Assembly: GCF_008831285.2 (NCBI RefSeq)
Contig: NC_045138.2
Span: 33,232,001 to 33,296,000, forward strand
Length of the DNA stretch: 64,000 nt
Source of the DNA: Nymphaea colorata
Taxonomy: Eukaryota
Reading direction: 5' to 3'
The translations under genes were made by a program, and so were the position numbers. Of this stretch, positions 50,128 through 64,000 are shown piece by piece; positions within the stretch are counted from its first letter, which is position 1, and the number at the start of each line of letters is the position of its first letter. The notes below the pieces were generated by a model that saw nothing but the letters and a program-made list of their open reading frames with translations, ran no database searches and was not told the origin of the DNA.

Positions 50128-53100
50128 ATGGCTCTGAGACTGATCCTCCCGCCACAAAATCTCGCGCTAAGCTTTTTCAATTCTCCAAATGCCCTCCTGA
50201 GACGTCGCTCCCTCCTCCACTGCTCCTCCTCCGCCAGCTCATCTCTCTCTGAAACCCTAGGCCTGGATTTCAAGTACGGCCCCTCTCTTAGCAAAGGCAG
50301 CGAATTGCCGTTGGAGATGTTTGTTGTCGAAGACGAAGAGGAAGAAGACGGTGGAGGAGGAGGCGTCATAGACAAACGCCGGTTTGCCCGGGTCTTCGAC
50401 GTCGCGGCTTTGAGGGTGCCCGCGGAGGATTGCTACGCTCTGGAGAGCCGCCTCAGAGGTCACCTTCTCAATTGGCCGCGGGTCCGTAACGTCGCTAGGG
50501 TTCCTGGAGATGAGATGGATGATGCTTTTCGGAAGCTCCTCTGGGATGGGAAGGTCGAAGGTGAGGAAGCTCTGAGTCGGAGAATGGGAGAGGAGTCGGA
50601 GGCAGCAGGGTTGAGTCCCATCCTGTACAGGGAGAAGCTGGTGAAAACGTTCAATTGCCGGGGTTTCTTGAACTTCCGGCACCTAGCCAAGATTTCGAGG
50701 CCGAAGGCAAAGCGGAAGAAGGAGGTGAGGAGGGAGGGGAAGGGAAAGAACGGATTCCTTGCGGTTGAAGTTGCGGAGAATGAAGGAGATGACGAGGATT
50801 TGAGCGGGTTGCTTGGGGAGGATTACAGGATGGGAAACTGGAGAGGCTCGACAAGGCTGCTACTTTTGGATGAGCGATATGCAAATAAGGGCGTTGATGA
50901 ACTCCCTCAGGCCGTCAAGGTTCTTTTTATTTTCTATAAAGTTCTGAATGTCCCTTTTATTCAAGTACATATCTTCCAGAGAATACCTCAAAAGTTTCCA
51001 TTTCTTCAATGTGAACTATAAATTCACTTGCGAATTTGCCTTGCTTTCTCTATTGAGATTCTTTTTTTTATTTTGCCATCAGGAAATTGTTATCATGATC
51101 CCAATAATTCTGAATGTGCAGTTTGGTTGCTTCAATAATACCGACATAACTTCCCGGGTTTTTGCTCATTTTGTTTCTCTAATGATCTTATGCTAAGAAA
51201 ACTATCTCGAGGGCTGAGCGTGCTTTGGTTCTGGGCTTCACTGACTTGTTTAGCTCACTAACCATAGGTGATTTTTGCCCTATGGCGGCCTGCATTTTTA
51301 GTTATCGCGTATTTTCTTGCTTGCATGTTGTCTGTTGAGCCTGATGGCTTTGATTTGAAAGCATGTAAATCTCTTTCGTACATTATATAACTGTAAGTCA
51401 TCGTGTTGCAGCTTATTTGGTTGGAGGAAAATGAGGGAAAGGAGGGAAAAATTGACGTATTAGTGTTTGGATGGTTAATTAAGGAGGAAGGAGCCTCAAG
51501 GGTGCATAGCGTAGCTGGTTGAGCTAGGGGCTTGTACTAAGGCAGGTCTCTAGTTCGATTCCCGTGGGCGTTATGTTCCTGTGTCTTATTGCGGTAGGGC
51601 GCGACATCTAAGCTGAAGGGTGCACCGTTGCTATCGCTGATACCGACGCAGCTCAGGACCCCGGAGGCAGGAGGAATGGGGGGGCCTTCGGGCCTTTTTC
51701 GGGCGGTGGGATTAATACCCCTTGCTCATCCGGAATTAAGGAGGAAGGAAACGACTAAAAATTATTGTGTTTGGATGGTAAGGAAAGGAATGGGAGGGAA
51801 GGGAAAGAAAAGAAGTCAAGAAACACATTTATTCCCTATCCCTCCCCCATGGAGAGACTTGGAGGGAAAGGGCTCTACTTATAGAAGATGGCACATATGC
51901 CCTTAACAACATATTATGATATCCCACTTTGCTCAAAGTACCTCAAAAGAAAGATTTGATTTACAAGCTTAACAAAATTTTAGCGTTATATTTCATCATT
52001 TTAGATATATCTTTTCAGTAGATTTATATTGTATGTGTATATATAGGCAAGAAATCTAAAATCTATTTGTGGAATATATTCATGCAAATCGCATAGCAGC
52101 TTAGATTTATAGTTTTATTACTTAAAAATCTTTTCTAAAACTAAAATGGAAGGAAAGAAAATAAAATGAGTTCCAAGTGTCTTTTCATCATAAAAATTTT
52201 CACAGAATTTTTAACAGTCAATAATTAATATTTATGTAAAACATGCATGTATTATGTATATCATCTAATAAATAAAAACAAACATTAAATTAGAGAACAT
52301 TGAAGAGAAACTACTATAATTAATTGCATTTAATCAATCCTAATTCTCTTTTAAGAGAGAGGGTTTGAGAGATACATTGGGTTTAAAAGATAATATTATT
52401 TGGAAACAATTGTACAAAAATGATATTATCGTTTTAGGAGCATTATTGTAAAAAAAACTTAAATTTTTAACAATTCCTTTCTTTTCCTTTCCCTCCTCCA
52501 AACAAGCTTTTATAATTATCTTTTTCTATTTCTTTTTTTTCCCTTTCCATCATTAATCCCTTCCTTTCTTTTTCTTTCCTTTCCATTTTTTAGTATCCTT
52601 TCCTCCCCATCCCTCTAAGATTCTTAACATAGTGTTACTGAATTTTGTGCATACAGCACCCATGTAGGTTTCATCACATGCCTCCAAAATAATTTGCTCT
52701 TGAATCCTTGATAACCTATACTAGGATGCAGTTCACAGTTGACACAATTGCATTTTGTCTGATTTGATTCCAGCAGCTTGGATCCTTGTTATTTACTTTC
52801 TCTGATATTTTATGTAGATGGTTCTCCATAAAGGGGGTGAGCACAAGAAGAAGGTGGTTTCATCTGAGCTAGTCAAATGCAAGCTCACTTTATTTTATGA
52901 TTACTGGCCAGCAAATGAGGTATGAACTACGTCATCCATTCCATCTGTTATAATTTTATGGAAGCTCCCTAAAGATTTTCTAGCTAGGTATCCAAAACTA
53001 ATATTGTGAGTGTTGAAGAAAGAAAGCAGCATGTAGTTTTCTTCTCATCATGTTTATTACACCTCATGATTAGCTGCACAAAGTTGATCAATTATGTTAT

Positions 53101-56100
53101 ATCTTCAAAAGATTTTGATTGTGTGCAATCTGATCTTCTGTTTCGTTTTTATGCATGGGGTTCCGCTTTCGTTGTAATTCAATTGCAGCCTTACATATCC
53201 TCATTTTCTGTTTACGCTTCAATTAATAAACCAACTTTCAAGTAGAAATTTATTCCTTCACAACTTTTCCCTTCCTTAATAGAAACTTTCTTTCTTTAGG
53301 TACGTTTAGAGATGCCTTATTTCTCAAACTATATTTTGCTTTTTTCTCCATGTGTTGGATTAAAACATCAGTAAGAAGTTAGTCTGTGCAGGCTTGGTGT
53401 TTCGGTGTTTCTGCATTTTCTTGTAACTTTAATTTGTTGTATTTAGTTCCTATGAAGAGAAAGGTAATGCTTGAAAATTATGCCCTTCAGGTCTTGGAGT
53501 ATTTGCTTCCTGAGAATGTCATAACGCCTACAAGCTTTGAGACTGTTGGTCATATAGCACATTTGAACTTGAGGGATGAGCATCTTCCTTATAAAAAGCT
53601 TATTGCTGAGGTGACTGTTGCATAATTTTGAAGTATTGCACGATCACCATGGCACACACATGTGTGTATATTTATTTATATGAATTTTTTGTTGTTTTGT
53701 AGATCATATTAGATAAGAACAAGCCAAGGATAAGGACTGTTGTTAACAAGACTGACTCCATTCAAAATGATTACAGAACAATGCAGCTTGAGGTTCTAGC
53801 TGGCAATCATTCTCTTGTAACCTCTGTTATTGAGAGTGGAATTTGTTTTCATGTTGATTTAGCTACAGTGTATGTTTCAAATTTCCTTTTTCTCCAATGT
53901 AAATTCTTTCTTCTGATTTATCTCCTTTGATTGATCTTGCACTTTAAGCTGTAGATAGCTTCTTCTATGATTATATGGTAAATTCTTTATATAGTGTCAC
54001 TGATCTTCCAGAATGGCATCTGAAGGCTTTAATGGAATGATACCTTTTAGGATCTGTTCTGTTGTATGATTCTATAAGCCTTGTGCTTTTCTCCAAGGAC
54101 AACCACATTTTATTGAACCCTTGTATGGACACATATAAGTGTGCTCCTTATGCATTAAAACATGTCAATTTTGGCTTGTTGCTTGTTGTTTCTGGTCCTG
54201 ATTGAAGGGGTTCCGCTCAGTAGGCTTACAGGAGATTTGGTGGCAGTTGGCTTGCTCCAAATGGTGGTCGTTTCTTGCTATAGATCTTGGTTTATCCCTA
54301 ATATTTGCTCATGCTTGGCTGATACTGAAAGTGGGGCAGACCATGTGTTTTTTATATAACATTTCCTTTTCATGGGGATTGTGGAAGCCTATATTTTCTC
54401 TTTTCATTTTCTGAAACTGTGTGCATATTTATATGTGCAGTGTGTCTGTTGGATGTGCTACTAAGATGATTAATAATTTAATACTGGTTTTCACATGATA
54501 GGTACTGGAATTCACGTCTATCAACTGAAAGGCAAAGGCTCCTCACCAGCTTTTCTAGCAGTGATGTTCTCTGTAAGTGATTCCATACTTTATGTATCTA
54601 TTTGTCTTTTATTAAGTAGTCTTCCATCGCAAAACAATGGTTTTAGGAATCTAACATGGTCCAATTGGTGGATAATTTCCAATCCAGAAATGTGTGTAGA
54701 ATGGCTGAAAAGAATAACTTTCCAGAAGCATTTTCCCTAGTAGGAAAACTAGGCAGGCAATTCCGGAAATATTTTTACTACTTTTTTCATAAAATGCCAG
54801 CTGAATTGGCAATGGAAATGCATTGCTCTGTGATTCCTCAAATGATGATTCTTTTTCTTCTTCACAAGAATCTCTTTGGATGGTATCTTGCTAAGGTTGT
54901 CAATTTTAATTGAAAGAAGGAAATCAAAATTTTCATATATCCATCTGATGCATCGTATTGGTTGATGAATGCTGTCTGTTGCATCTAAGGAACTAAACTG
55001 AGTTCCATGTTCAGTTGCTCACATAGACATGTCTACTACGTATTGTGACATACATCACCATGCTAGAAAAAGAACTGCATCTTTGAGTTCTACGGCAACA
55101 AGAAGTTGAGTTTCTTGTTCCTTTGAATTTGAATCTGAATGTGTTCTGACACTCTTAATGGATCTTATGTTGACTTCACCAACCACATTGTTTTGAGTTT
55201 ACCCAGGAGTTTCTGTAGTTGATGCTTCTTCTGCAGTGCAGGTGATGTTTTCTCTGGAGTTGGTCCAATAGCCATCTCGGCAGCTAAGAAAGTAAACTAT
55301 GTCTATGCTAATGACCTTAATCCAACAGCTGTGGAGTACTTGGAGAGAAACCTTGTTCACAATAAGTTGGAGAGGAAAGTTGAGGTATAAATCTTTCCTC
55401 TCATTTGTGCGGATGTATTTGCTTCAATAAATATCTACAGGAGAAAACTGCAATCAAGTTCTCATGACATATTTTGAAAGGACCTAGCAAATGTGTTCAT
55501 TGTTTTTCCCATCTTGCCCTTTTATTGTTCACCTTCTTTGAAATTCCCTACCATGTTTGGCAATATGGCCACATCATTTTCTTATGTACAATAGAAATTA
55601 GAAGGAATTCCTCCGCCTGATCTCTTTCTTAAAGAAGTGTTTCTCGTATAGAAATATTTATGGTAATGCAGTTAAAAAATTCTCTGCCTCAGGTATTTAA
55701 CATGGATGGGCGGAGGTTCATTGAGACTGTGTTTGCTCTTAGAAGGCCGGAGCGCATTACACAAGTGGTCATGAATTTGCCAAAAGATGCTGTGCAGTAT
55801 CTTGGTAGTTCTTATCCATTTAGGATTTGGCTAAATTCTCGTAAATATGAATAATCATATTTCTAGTTTTGCATAACGTTGGTTTTATTTTTCCTGGTTG
55901 AACTGCCTTGTTAGACAGACCATACTTGTGTATGTGAGTGTGGTTTATCTGATATGGAGTATTACTATTAGGTATATCTTTATGAAAGTATGCTCTTGGC
56001 TCTCACATTCTCTAATATATAAGGGACTACTATGTTATGTGGTGTCAGATGTGTTCAGAGGCATATTCAAAAGAAGATCTCAAGACATGGACCTGTTATT

Positions 56101-56389
56101 GCCAAAAATTCATGTTTATGGTTTTTCTAAGGCTTCTGATCCAGAGTTTGACTTTCATGAGGTCAGCTTTCAGTTGATTTCAGATGTTTTCCAGCATTTA
56201 CTGTACATTTCGTATTCACTATGAACTGTGCTGTTCCAGAGAATAAGGACCGTGCTTTGTGATGGAGCAATAAAAATAGATATGCACCGAGTTCGGCTTG
56301 TTGCTCCTGGAAAATGGATGCTATGTGCATCATTCGTTCTTCCAAAGAGTGTTGCTTATGCCAAAGACAAGGAACTTTTGCTATCATAG
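50128..56389 (+). CDS. TRM5: tRNA (guanine(37)-N1)-methyltransferase, TRM5/Met-10+ family, organellar-type, 589 aa, 9 exons
   Basis: Exons 50128-50919, 52818-52919, 53491-53610, 53703-53869, 54502-54572, 55242-55384, 55693-55804, 56049-56161 and 56240-56389. Motifs [28 protein letters not shown]-binding [38 protein letters not shown]. Ser/Arg-rich transit-like N-terminus. Confidence 0.95.
51493..51733 (+). mobile_element. tRNA-derived SINE with a 16-bp target-site duplication in TRM5 intron 1
   Basis: TSD AATTAAGGAGGAAGGA at 51477-51492 and 51734-51749. Pol III box A TAGCGTAGCTGG (51507-51518) and box B AGTTCGATTCC (51552-51562). Confidence 0.85.
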
Positions 56390-59293
56390 CTCGTCATGAT
56401 GGCAACTGTGGCAGAAAGCCAATTTCACGGAATCGGGAGTACTTCGTGCGCCATTTTCATCTCTTACCTCGAACGGTTAATATACAAACCAAAGGTGTTC
56501 GGTGGGTGGTTGATGTGCAGAGGCATGTAAACAGGTACTTCCGCTAAAAGTGCATTTGCTTGTGAATACTGTCCATGCGCATTAAACATGAATCTGGTTT
56601 CCTGGAAATGATAGTGCACTAAGGGGCCATTCGGCACTAGGAACACCGTGTGAATGTTCATTGAATCTTTCCTAAATTTGAAGTAGATTAATGAAACATG
56701 TACAAATGTTGTATGAATCTACCCTAATTTTGAGGCAATTCATGTGACACTAATATGTTTTTTTTAATGCCAAATGGCTCTTTAAGGTGCACTTGGTTCT
56801 GTCAAACAAAGGAGAAGATCTTTTTTTTTTTCGGTGTTCTGCAGACAATCAAGATCAGCAAAGCTGATCTTCAGCCTGGTGCCATCAGACTGCAGTTGAG
56901 AATGCATCAGAATGGCCGATATGAAGATCGATGAAATATTTTGAGTCACGGTTGACGTAAAAGACTGAATTGATAAAGGTGGAGGCATCAGGTGACTGAA
57001 CGTCTTCAGTTTGTGGTCAACTTCTACGGCTTAGGGCAAACATGCCTTCTTAGCTTTACTGTAATGTCTATTTTGCATAGTTTGTTACTAAAGAACACCA
57101 AGTAATCAAAACTAAATAAATATATTATGTTGAAATATTGCATGTTTGCCAATTTATCCTACACTAAATAATCAAAGCTAAAATGGGTATTTGTTCCCTC
57201 TATAAATTTTAAGTAATTGGAATCTCCTATCGTCTACTACTCCTGACTTTAGATTTGTAAAGTTCATCCGAATCATATATCTGAGGGCGAGTATCCGTGT
57301 CCTTCAATGAGTACCTCTTTTCCAGTTCTGCTGGCAGGGAATTCGGTTGTTCCATGCGTCAACGGTAGGTGATGCGCTCTTTGCCCAATGTCGATGTTCC
57401 CCCAATGCCGAAAGATTTTAGCGAAAAGAAGCATTTACCGAATATCGAACTCGTAAAAGCCTTGGATTAACAACCAATCCGTCTATGCCATCATCATGTC
57501 ATGAGGCAGTACAAGGCCAGCGTGATCCAATAATATTTTAAGTCTATAATCCACCTGAGTTCTATGGTGATCCGACAAGATATGACTACGTTATATTTGC
57601 AATTAAAACTGTTCTATTCGACCAGGTAAAGACTGGATTGGACCTAGCCTGAATATTTTATTTTTTCCTCGTTAAATAGCTGTCGGCAGCTTTCCTTTTT
57701 AATTCCTTCTGGAGATTCAGTCTAACGGGGGTTGAGAATATTACCTTAACCATGAACAGTCATTGATTGCAAGATTCGTTTCACTGATATGGAACTAGGC
57801 CGTCCCTTCTACGACCAGTATACATCGAGCTTTTCCTGCCAATTCCGGTGCTTCCTACCTACATTCGTTTATCATCTTGGGCCCTATTTGGAGGTCCTAT
57901 GCACCTGCACATCCCCTGTCTTGGAAGGTCAGACGCGGTCCTTGGACATCGTGAAGGCACTTTGTCCAACATACTTGTACGTCGGTCGTATGCCCCTTTC
58001 TCCGGCAACCTCTTGTTTCCGGCAACCTCTTGTTTGGTCATGTCTCCGTTGTGACTCGCCATCATATAACCAAGCCAGATCAAAGGATGTACCTTCAAAC
58101 CGGCCGGTTCGGGAAGCAACCATGAACAGGCGGGTGTCTCATGACACCCTTATTATTTCAATCCTAAGAGTTGCGGAGGCTGAAATCTTTGGCTCAAGGG
58201 TACTAATTCAAAAAAACGTTTAAACCCATTAATTACATGTTAAAACAATTGAAGAATAAAAGGTACCATATCTAAATAAATAAATAGTTGAGGGTCGCAT
58301 TTATAAAATAAGCAAATAGATGGGGCTACATAATGCGTAAATTAAATAAATGCTGTAGGACAGTGCGGGCAACTGCCCACACAAAACGGCGTGTGACGTC
58401 GACCCCACCTAATAGCTTCTTGGGCGAAGGTGGCCTCACTGTTTTGGAAAATCAAAACGAGGGTCGGAGATATGAGGAAAGTGCTTTTATTTAATTTAAT
58501 TAGGCAAAAGGCAATTCTTCGAAAGGATTAAATACTAACAGGTGAGCGCTCTTGAAACCGATTTATACGCGGCTGAGGCACATGTAACCAGCTCCCTAAT
58601 GTTGACTGCTCTTCTTCCACCCGTGTTTAAGGACAAAATATTTGGAATCATAAAACGTTACAAGGCGGTCGTTTAAGAATTTCTAAAATAGAGAAAGCAT
58701 GTTTCAGCAAATACTTGCAAGGTAAACGGGTAAACGAAAGCTCATCAAGGATTGGGTGCGCATATGTAAAATACGAATGATTTCGATTCCTGTTCTGGTT
58801 TTTCTGTTTTTGTGAACCAGAGCAAGAGTTGGGTGATTTAAAAGTTTTCATACAGAGACACAATTTTTTAGCTATCACTGGAGACCGAGGTACCAAATTT
58901 GAAAACTACAGTTAGGCCTTGCGGGAGAGAGCGACGGGATTCCTGTGCCATGATGGCCTATGAGACCTGGTCTAGCGACTCTTTAATGGCGGATCAATTA
59001 CCTAAAAGACAGTCAAAGATGAAAAAGAAACTTGAAATCTTTTTGAAAAGGATGGTTGGGGTGAGTAGCCGTTTGGATCTGACAGGTGCCCATTTGTTTG
59101 TTCCAAACTTTCCCAGATCCATGTTTTCACTATGTAATGCACAGCGGTCATCAGGTACTTGACTACTTTCTCTGGTTTGCAGGTTTCTCACTCTCTTTTA
59201 TGGTAAAATCACAAAAGAAAAACAATTTGTACATATAGCGGCAGTTGGTATAGTGCAACTAGCGACCAGTTGGGGTCCAGGGAGACCTACTGC

Positions 59294-59576
59294 TAAGGAT
59301 GAAACTCCAAAACCTGATTTTGCTTTCAAAACCAGGTTTTTGGTGTGTTTGGGTTCTATCAAAATTGGATTTGAGTAAAACCCAGTTTTGAGAAAACCTG
59401 GTTTTGTAAAAAGAAGCAAAAAACCTGACCCTCCTTTGGTTATTTAAAAACCAGGTTTGGGATGTGTTACCCAAACAAAAAACAGGGTTCTTTAAACTCA
59501 TTAAAAAACTTGGTTTTCATGAAACCAAGTTTTCAAAAACTAGATTACACGTGGGTGTCATCCAAACACCACCTAA
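59294..59576. mobile_element. Tourist-like MITE of the same family as 37622-38847
   Basis: Right TIR GTGTCATCCAAACACCACC|TAA and AAAACCAGGTTTT subterminal repeats. The left TIR is partly deleted (TAAGGATGAAACTCCAAAACC). Confidence 0.6.
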
Positions 59577-62521
59577 GCCTTTTCAGCTCAACAAATTAAG
59601 TTTAACCAAGTCTTGGTAATATGGAGATCCACATGGTTGGCGGCATGTGGTTATTTATGGTTGAAGCAACTAAAATATTAAGATTTGAAGAGTTCTAGGA
59701 CATAATACACATTACCCATGATCGTTTAGGATGGACATGGATTGCTTGGTAAGTGTTCTCCAATAAGCAAATCGGGTGATGCATGAGGTCAAAATTTTAT
59801 CACCAACAAGCGCCGTTCAATATTCAACTAATCCAATCTTTATTGTATTGATCGGTTTTTTATGCAGTGAATCGCAACGCCTATCATCGAGAAAAACTAA
59901 CTAAACTAGATCATGATTTTTGCTTTTGTCCTAGACGATCCAACTCCGTTATTCTTTAGATGTTCGAAGGAGGAGAGATGCACGTCATGTTGCGCCTCTT
60001 TCATCCCGCGATCACATGGAGACACCGGAAAAGACAAGCAACACCGCCTCCGTAGACTTCCTTTAGGGTTGCAAAGTGGTCCCGATCTGATTGGAGATTT
60101 TATCAGTATTTAGAGGATATGATTATGATCCTTCCGGTAACACATTTTTCTCCGATGCTCCCTAATCTTCACCAACAAGAGTGCCATGCATAATCTCAGT
60201 TGCTAGTTGGCGAAATAGAGAGAGATCATAAATACTCAGAGGTTTCTGTTAATGTACAAAGGTGTCACATGCCAATATGAGAGATGAAAGCAGGTTTTCC
60301 TTACTTTTCTTATGCTATATCTATTTTTTTCGGTTATTCTTCTTTACATTCTTTTCATACAAAGTAGATGTTCTTCCTTTCCTTCTCAAGGTTTTTCTTA
60401 AAAGCAAAATTTCAGAATATCACAAATTATCTTCGAAGACCGAGACATGCATGGGGGAAGAGAGAGAGGGACCAATTACCTTCGGTGTCGATCAAAGTGG
60501 GTGAAGGTGTAGGAAGGATCCACAACTCAGAGCGCCGGATCCACGGTGTCCGCCCCGATCTGGTAAAACGACAGACCGGAGCAGTGGAGAGAGCGGGAGG
60601 GGCTCGCACGTGCCGCCCATCCTCCGTACGTCTTGCCGTCGCTATTAGCAGCCGCCACCTCCTCCTCCCCTACCCCAAATCATCCATCCATCGCCTTCGT
60701 GGGGCCACCCGCCGCGGGGAGTAGAGTAGGGGGTCCTCGCCGGGAAATTCGAAGGTTCCGGTCATCGAAGATTGCCAGCTCTGCTCCGGTGAGCTTTTCT
60801 CATCAAATAATAAAATCTCGATCCTCGACGAATAGTTCACGACTTTCTTCTCTCAGTTTCAAAGCACATGAGCATGTCAAGAAGACCATCCCGAAAGAGT
60901 GAACCGCTTTTCTTGAGCTCCCATGAATTCCTCTAATTAAAGTTAACCATTACAACTGGAAAGAATGGCCCTTTTTCTTTTTTACGAAGGAAAGCCGGAA
61001 AAATTTTCCGTCCAGAATTCGGGGGGGTTGGTGAAAAGCTCTAGAAATGACCACTTGGAAGATGATGATTGGCGGTGAAGAGTGGGGTGCATGGTACGGG
61101 GGAGTGAGGGTTCAGCCAGTCGGGGCCGCTGCATCACGCGAGGAGGAGATTTGATCTCGTCGTACGGACAAGAACGGGGCTGCCGGCGGTAGCCGGTGAT
61201 GGCCTGCAGGAGGCTGCCTATCTCTTTTGGATCTTTTCGAGGGTCTTCTGACAGATGAAATATCTTCCCCCGCCGGTCTGGGGATCGGATGTAACCGATC
61301 TCAAAAGGCTCCGGCTCGTTATCTTCCGATACGCACAGTATCGTTTTGATGAGGGACCGTTTCGGACTTGAGATTGCAATGTCATGTCGCTGTTGCTGAT
61401 ATGGGGGACGGCCCAAGATTTTCATGCTCCTTTGGGGGGGGGAGTCCTACCATCAACGTCGTAAGGCCACCACATCTTTGTGTTATCAAGAGCATAGGAT
61501 TGCTGTGTCTTTCCGGTGGAGAGTGGTGTGCGGAGTGGGAGCACTCATGCCAAAAGGGTTGAGTTTATGCACCCCTCGCAAATGCAAATATTGTACTGGA
61601 AAGAATCTCTCCCCTCTTACAAGTTACACCGTTTCAAAATTTCATATATATTGCGAGTAAAGTAAAAGCATGGTTGTCGATCGATATTCCTTCCCACGCA
61701 TTGAATCCGCAAGAATGTAGCATTATCGCGGGATTTGGTTGCCGAAGAAAAATTAACCGGCGACACCATTGGTTGCCTAAATCACGTAAGTAAACCTGCA
61801 AATCAAGAACGCCTCCAAGACGGCCTTAGCAGCGGGAAGGAAGGACATGTCCCCGAGAGCCAAGCGTCGTGTAGGCAGAAGAAGAATATAATTAAAAAGA
61901 CTAGAAAACAGTGGGCCTGTGTCTCAGGTAGGTACAGAGAGAGAAAGACAGAGGCAGAGTACGGTACTAGCACTAACTGTATGCCCCACACGACGAGGTC
62001 CCCACAAAGGGGAAGGGAAGGAAGGGAAAGGAGCCTCTTCCCTTTCCTTTCTCCCTTAGGGTGACCTGTCAGGTGACTGTGAGCAAGAATTAGCGAGTGA
62101 ACCCTCCCTCTCTTCTCCTTCTCCTGTGAATCTCTATAAACAATGAGAACCAGAAACCGAAAGGACTAGAAAAAAAAGGAGGGAAACGAAAGAATAGAAA
62201 AGGAAGATGTAGGGGATAAATATGCAAACCGCCGCACTCTGTCGAGCCATAATGTCTCTCCAGGCAGCAACGCTTCTGTTTCTGCTGCTGCTGCTGCTGC
62301 TCTTCCAACACCACCACTAGGCTTACCTGAAACGTATAGCCATTCTCTTTCACTGTTGCTTGCACCCAGCCCCTACCAGCTACCACTAGGCTACCTGACT
62401 CCACACTGCGCAACCCTATAAGGTACCATACCAGAATCCGACTCTCCAACATCCCTCTCTTCCTTTTCCCCATCTTCCCATTTCACTTCATTAGCTAGAG
62501 AGAGAGAGAGAAGGTTGCTTC

Positions 62522-63749
62522 ATGGCGACGACTTTGCTTCTGTGGCCGGACAAGACTGGAGACGACCAACCACCTGAGAAGGAGAAGCAGGACGCTGCTG
62601 CCGTACCCCCAAGGCTGAAGAACCGAAAGGGTGGCAGGACGGCGGCGAACGCCCCTAAGAAGCAGCCTCAACGCGGCCTGGGAGTCGCGCAGCTGGAGCG
62701 GCTCCGGCTCCAGGAGCAGCGGCGCAAGATGTTGGCGGAAGCCGAGCTCATCCAGGGACAGCAGGCAGCGTCTGCGCTTCAGTACTCATTCCCGTATGCG
62801 GACGGCCGGAGCTGCCCCGGCGCCGGCGTGATGGTTCCCAGGTTGGCGCACCCGGCGTATTCAGGAGCCGGGTCCTGCGACAACCCACCGAGCCTGGCTG
62901 CAATGCAGCGATACCGAATTGTCAGCAGCGTCCGGCCTCCGCTGTTTTCTGATGGAGCGGAACGGTTCCTCGGTGTCGGAGCTGGCGCCGATCCGAGGCT
63001 GCACAACGTCTTCCAGGCGACGCCGGAGAAGATGAAAGAGCTCTCTTCAAACCAAAACCTGACCTGCTGGTCGGACCAGTGCGAGACCTGCAACAAGGTA
63101 GGCTTCTGAAGATTTTCAGAACGTTCCTTCCTGTACTCTTTCCCTCTCTAGAACATTGTCCGCATTCTCTTTGCAGTTTTCTAATCAGTTTTTGGGGATG
63201 CGTGGTGATGGTGATGGTGATGGATGATGGGGTCTGCAGAGAAGAAAGCCGCAATACGAGAACCATGGGTTCGTTAAGGAAGGGCGGCAAGGTGGTAAGT
63301 GGACGGACGGCTGTGATCTGCTGAGGCTGGGACTCTGGACCTCCCAAGCTGCTGATCTCGAGAGGATTGACCGGGAGACGATGGCAGTGAAAAGAGGGGA
63401 GAGACATGCACATTTCGCCATGGATGTCGACGAGGTAATTTCTTGATTTTGATTTTGGATGGTGTCTAATGAAAGGGTGCGAGTGAGGTCACTTTTCTGC
63501 TCCTTGGTGGTAGCGGGATTTTACGGCATTAGCTTTGATTAGTTGCAGGCGGTGGAGAGGAAAGGGAAGGAAGTGAACGAGGGAAGAATATGGGAGTACG
63601 AGTTCTTCCCGGCCAAGAATGGAGGATCAGAAGGAGAGGTGAAGAATGTGATGGCGGTTGGTGAGCCCTCTTCTTCTGGTATTGGCAGTTACGCTCCTTC
63701 GTCGGCCTCTGCGTCGTTGGATTTGTCACTCAAGCTTTTTTCTTGCTGA
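62522..63749 (+). CDS. SPOROCYTELESS/NOZZLE-like EAR-motif repressor (SPEAR/TIE family), 323 aa, 3 exons
   Basis: Exons 62522-63097, 63240-63434 and 63549-63749. SPL motif KKQPQRGLGVAQLERLRLQE, MKELSS, CETCNKRRK, EYEFFP, and C-terminal EAR motif LDLSLKL. Confidence 0.9.
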
Positions 63750-64000
63750 GAAACAACAATTCAGTTTGTTGTTTATTGTTTTCTTGGATTTTTGAAACCG
63801 TGCTGTTAAAATGAATCTGAAGACGTTTCTTTCTCTCTTCCTCTGTACCTTTGTTTAGGAGCTCTAATTCTTCTGTTTGTTTGCTTTCTTGGTTCTTGAG
63901 ATTTTATGTGATGACTTTCCCTCTGTCTTTCTCTGTCGTTCTTTCTCCCTCTCTCGTTTGGTGGGCGTCGTAGAATTTTTCCTTCATCATTTTTCACCTA

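Noticed and set aside
51500..51570. tRNA gene
   Set aside because: Boxes A and B are present but no proper acceptor stem or cloverleaf forms. It is followed by a 170-bp body and flanked by a TSD, so it is a SINE.
57270..58220. Possible LINE ORF1 remnant (also 60900-61500)
   Set aside because: Only vague similarity to DUF4283-type motifs; not enough to call.

Overview
Flowering-plant nuclear DNA with spliceosomal GT-AG introns; there are no prokaryotic features and no CRISPR array. Six intact protein-coding genes can be built by hand: an intronless TyDC-type aromatic L-amino-acid decarboxylase (15867-17375, -), chloroplast Rieske FeS protein petC (5 exons, -), cyclin D6 (6 exons, +), an At5g23160-like membrane protein (2 exons, +), an organellar-type TRM5 tRNA m1G37 methyltransferase (9 exons, +) and a SPOROCYTELESS/SPEAR-like EAR repressor (3 exons, +). 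The first 6.3 kb is the most unusual part. It holds a ~245-bp tandem satellite whose minus strand translates into a decayed Ty3/gypsy (Athila-like) gag segment, with a single diverged relative at 3.9-4.4 kb. Beside it are spliced fragments of three unrelated host genes (CHR24, organellar ValRS, kinesin-7). The window also contains an unidentified 3-exon pseudogene head-to-head with petC, a 46-bp minisatellite just upstream of TRM5, a tRNA-derived SINE with a perfect 16-bp TSD, several MITEs and several decayed L1-type LINEs. All homology calls come from remembered family motifs, not from database searches.
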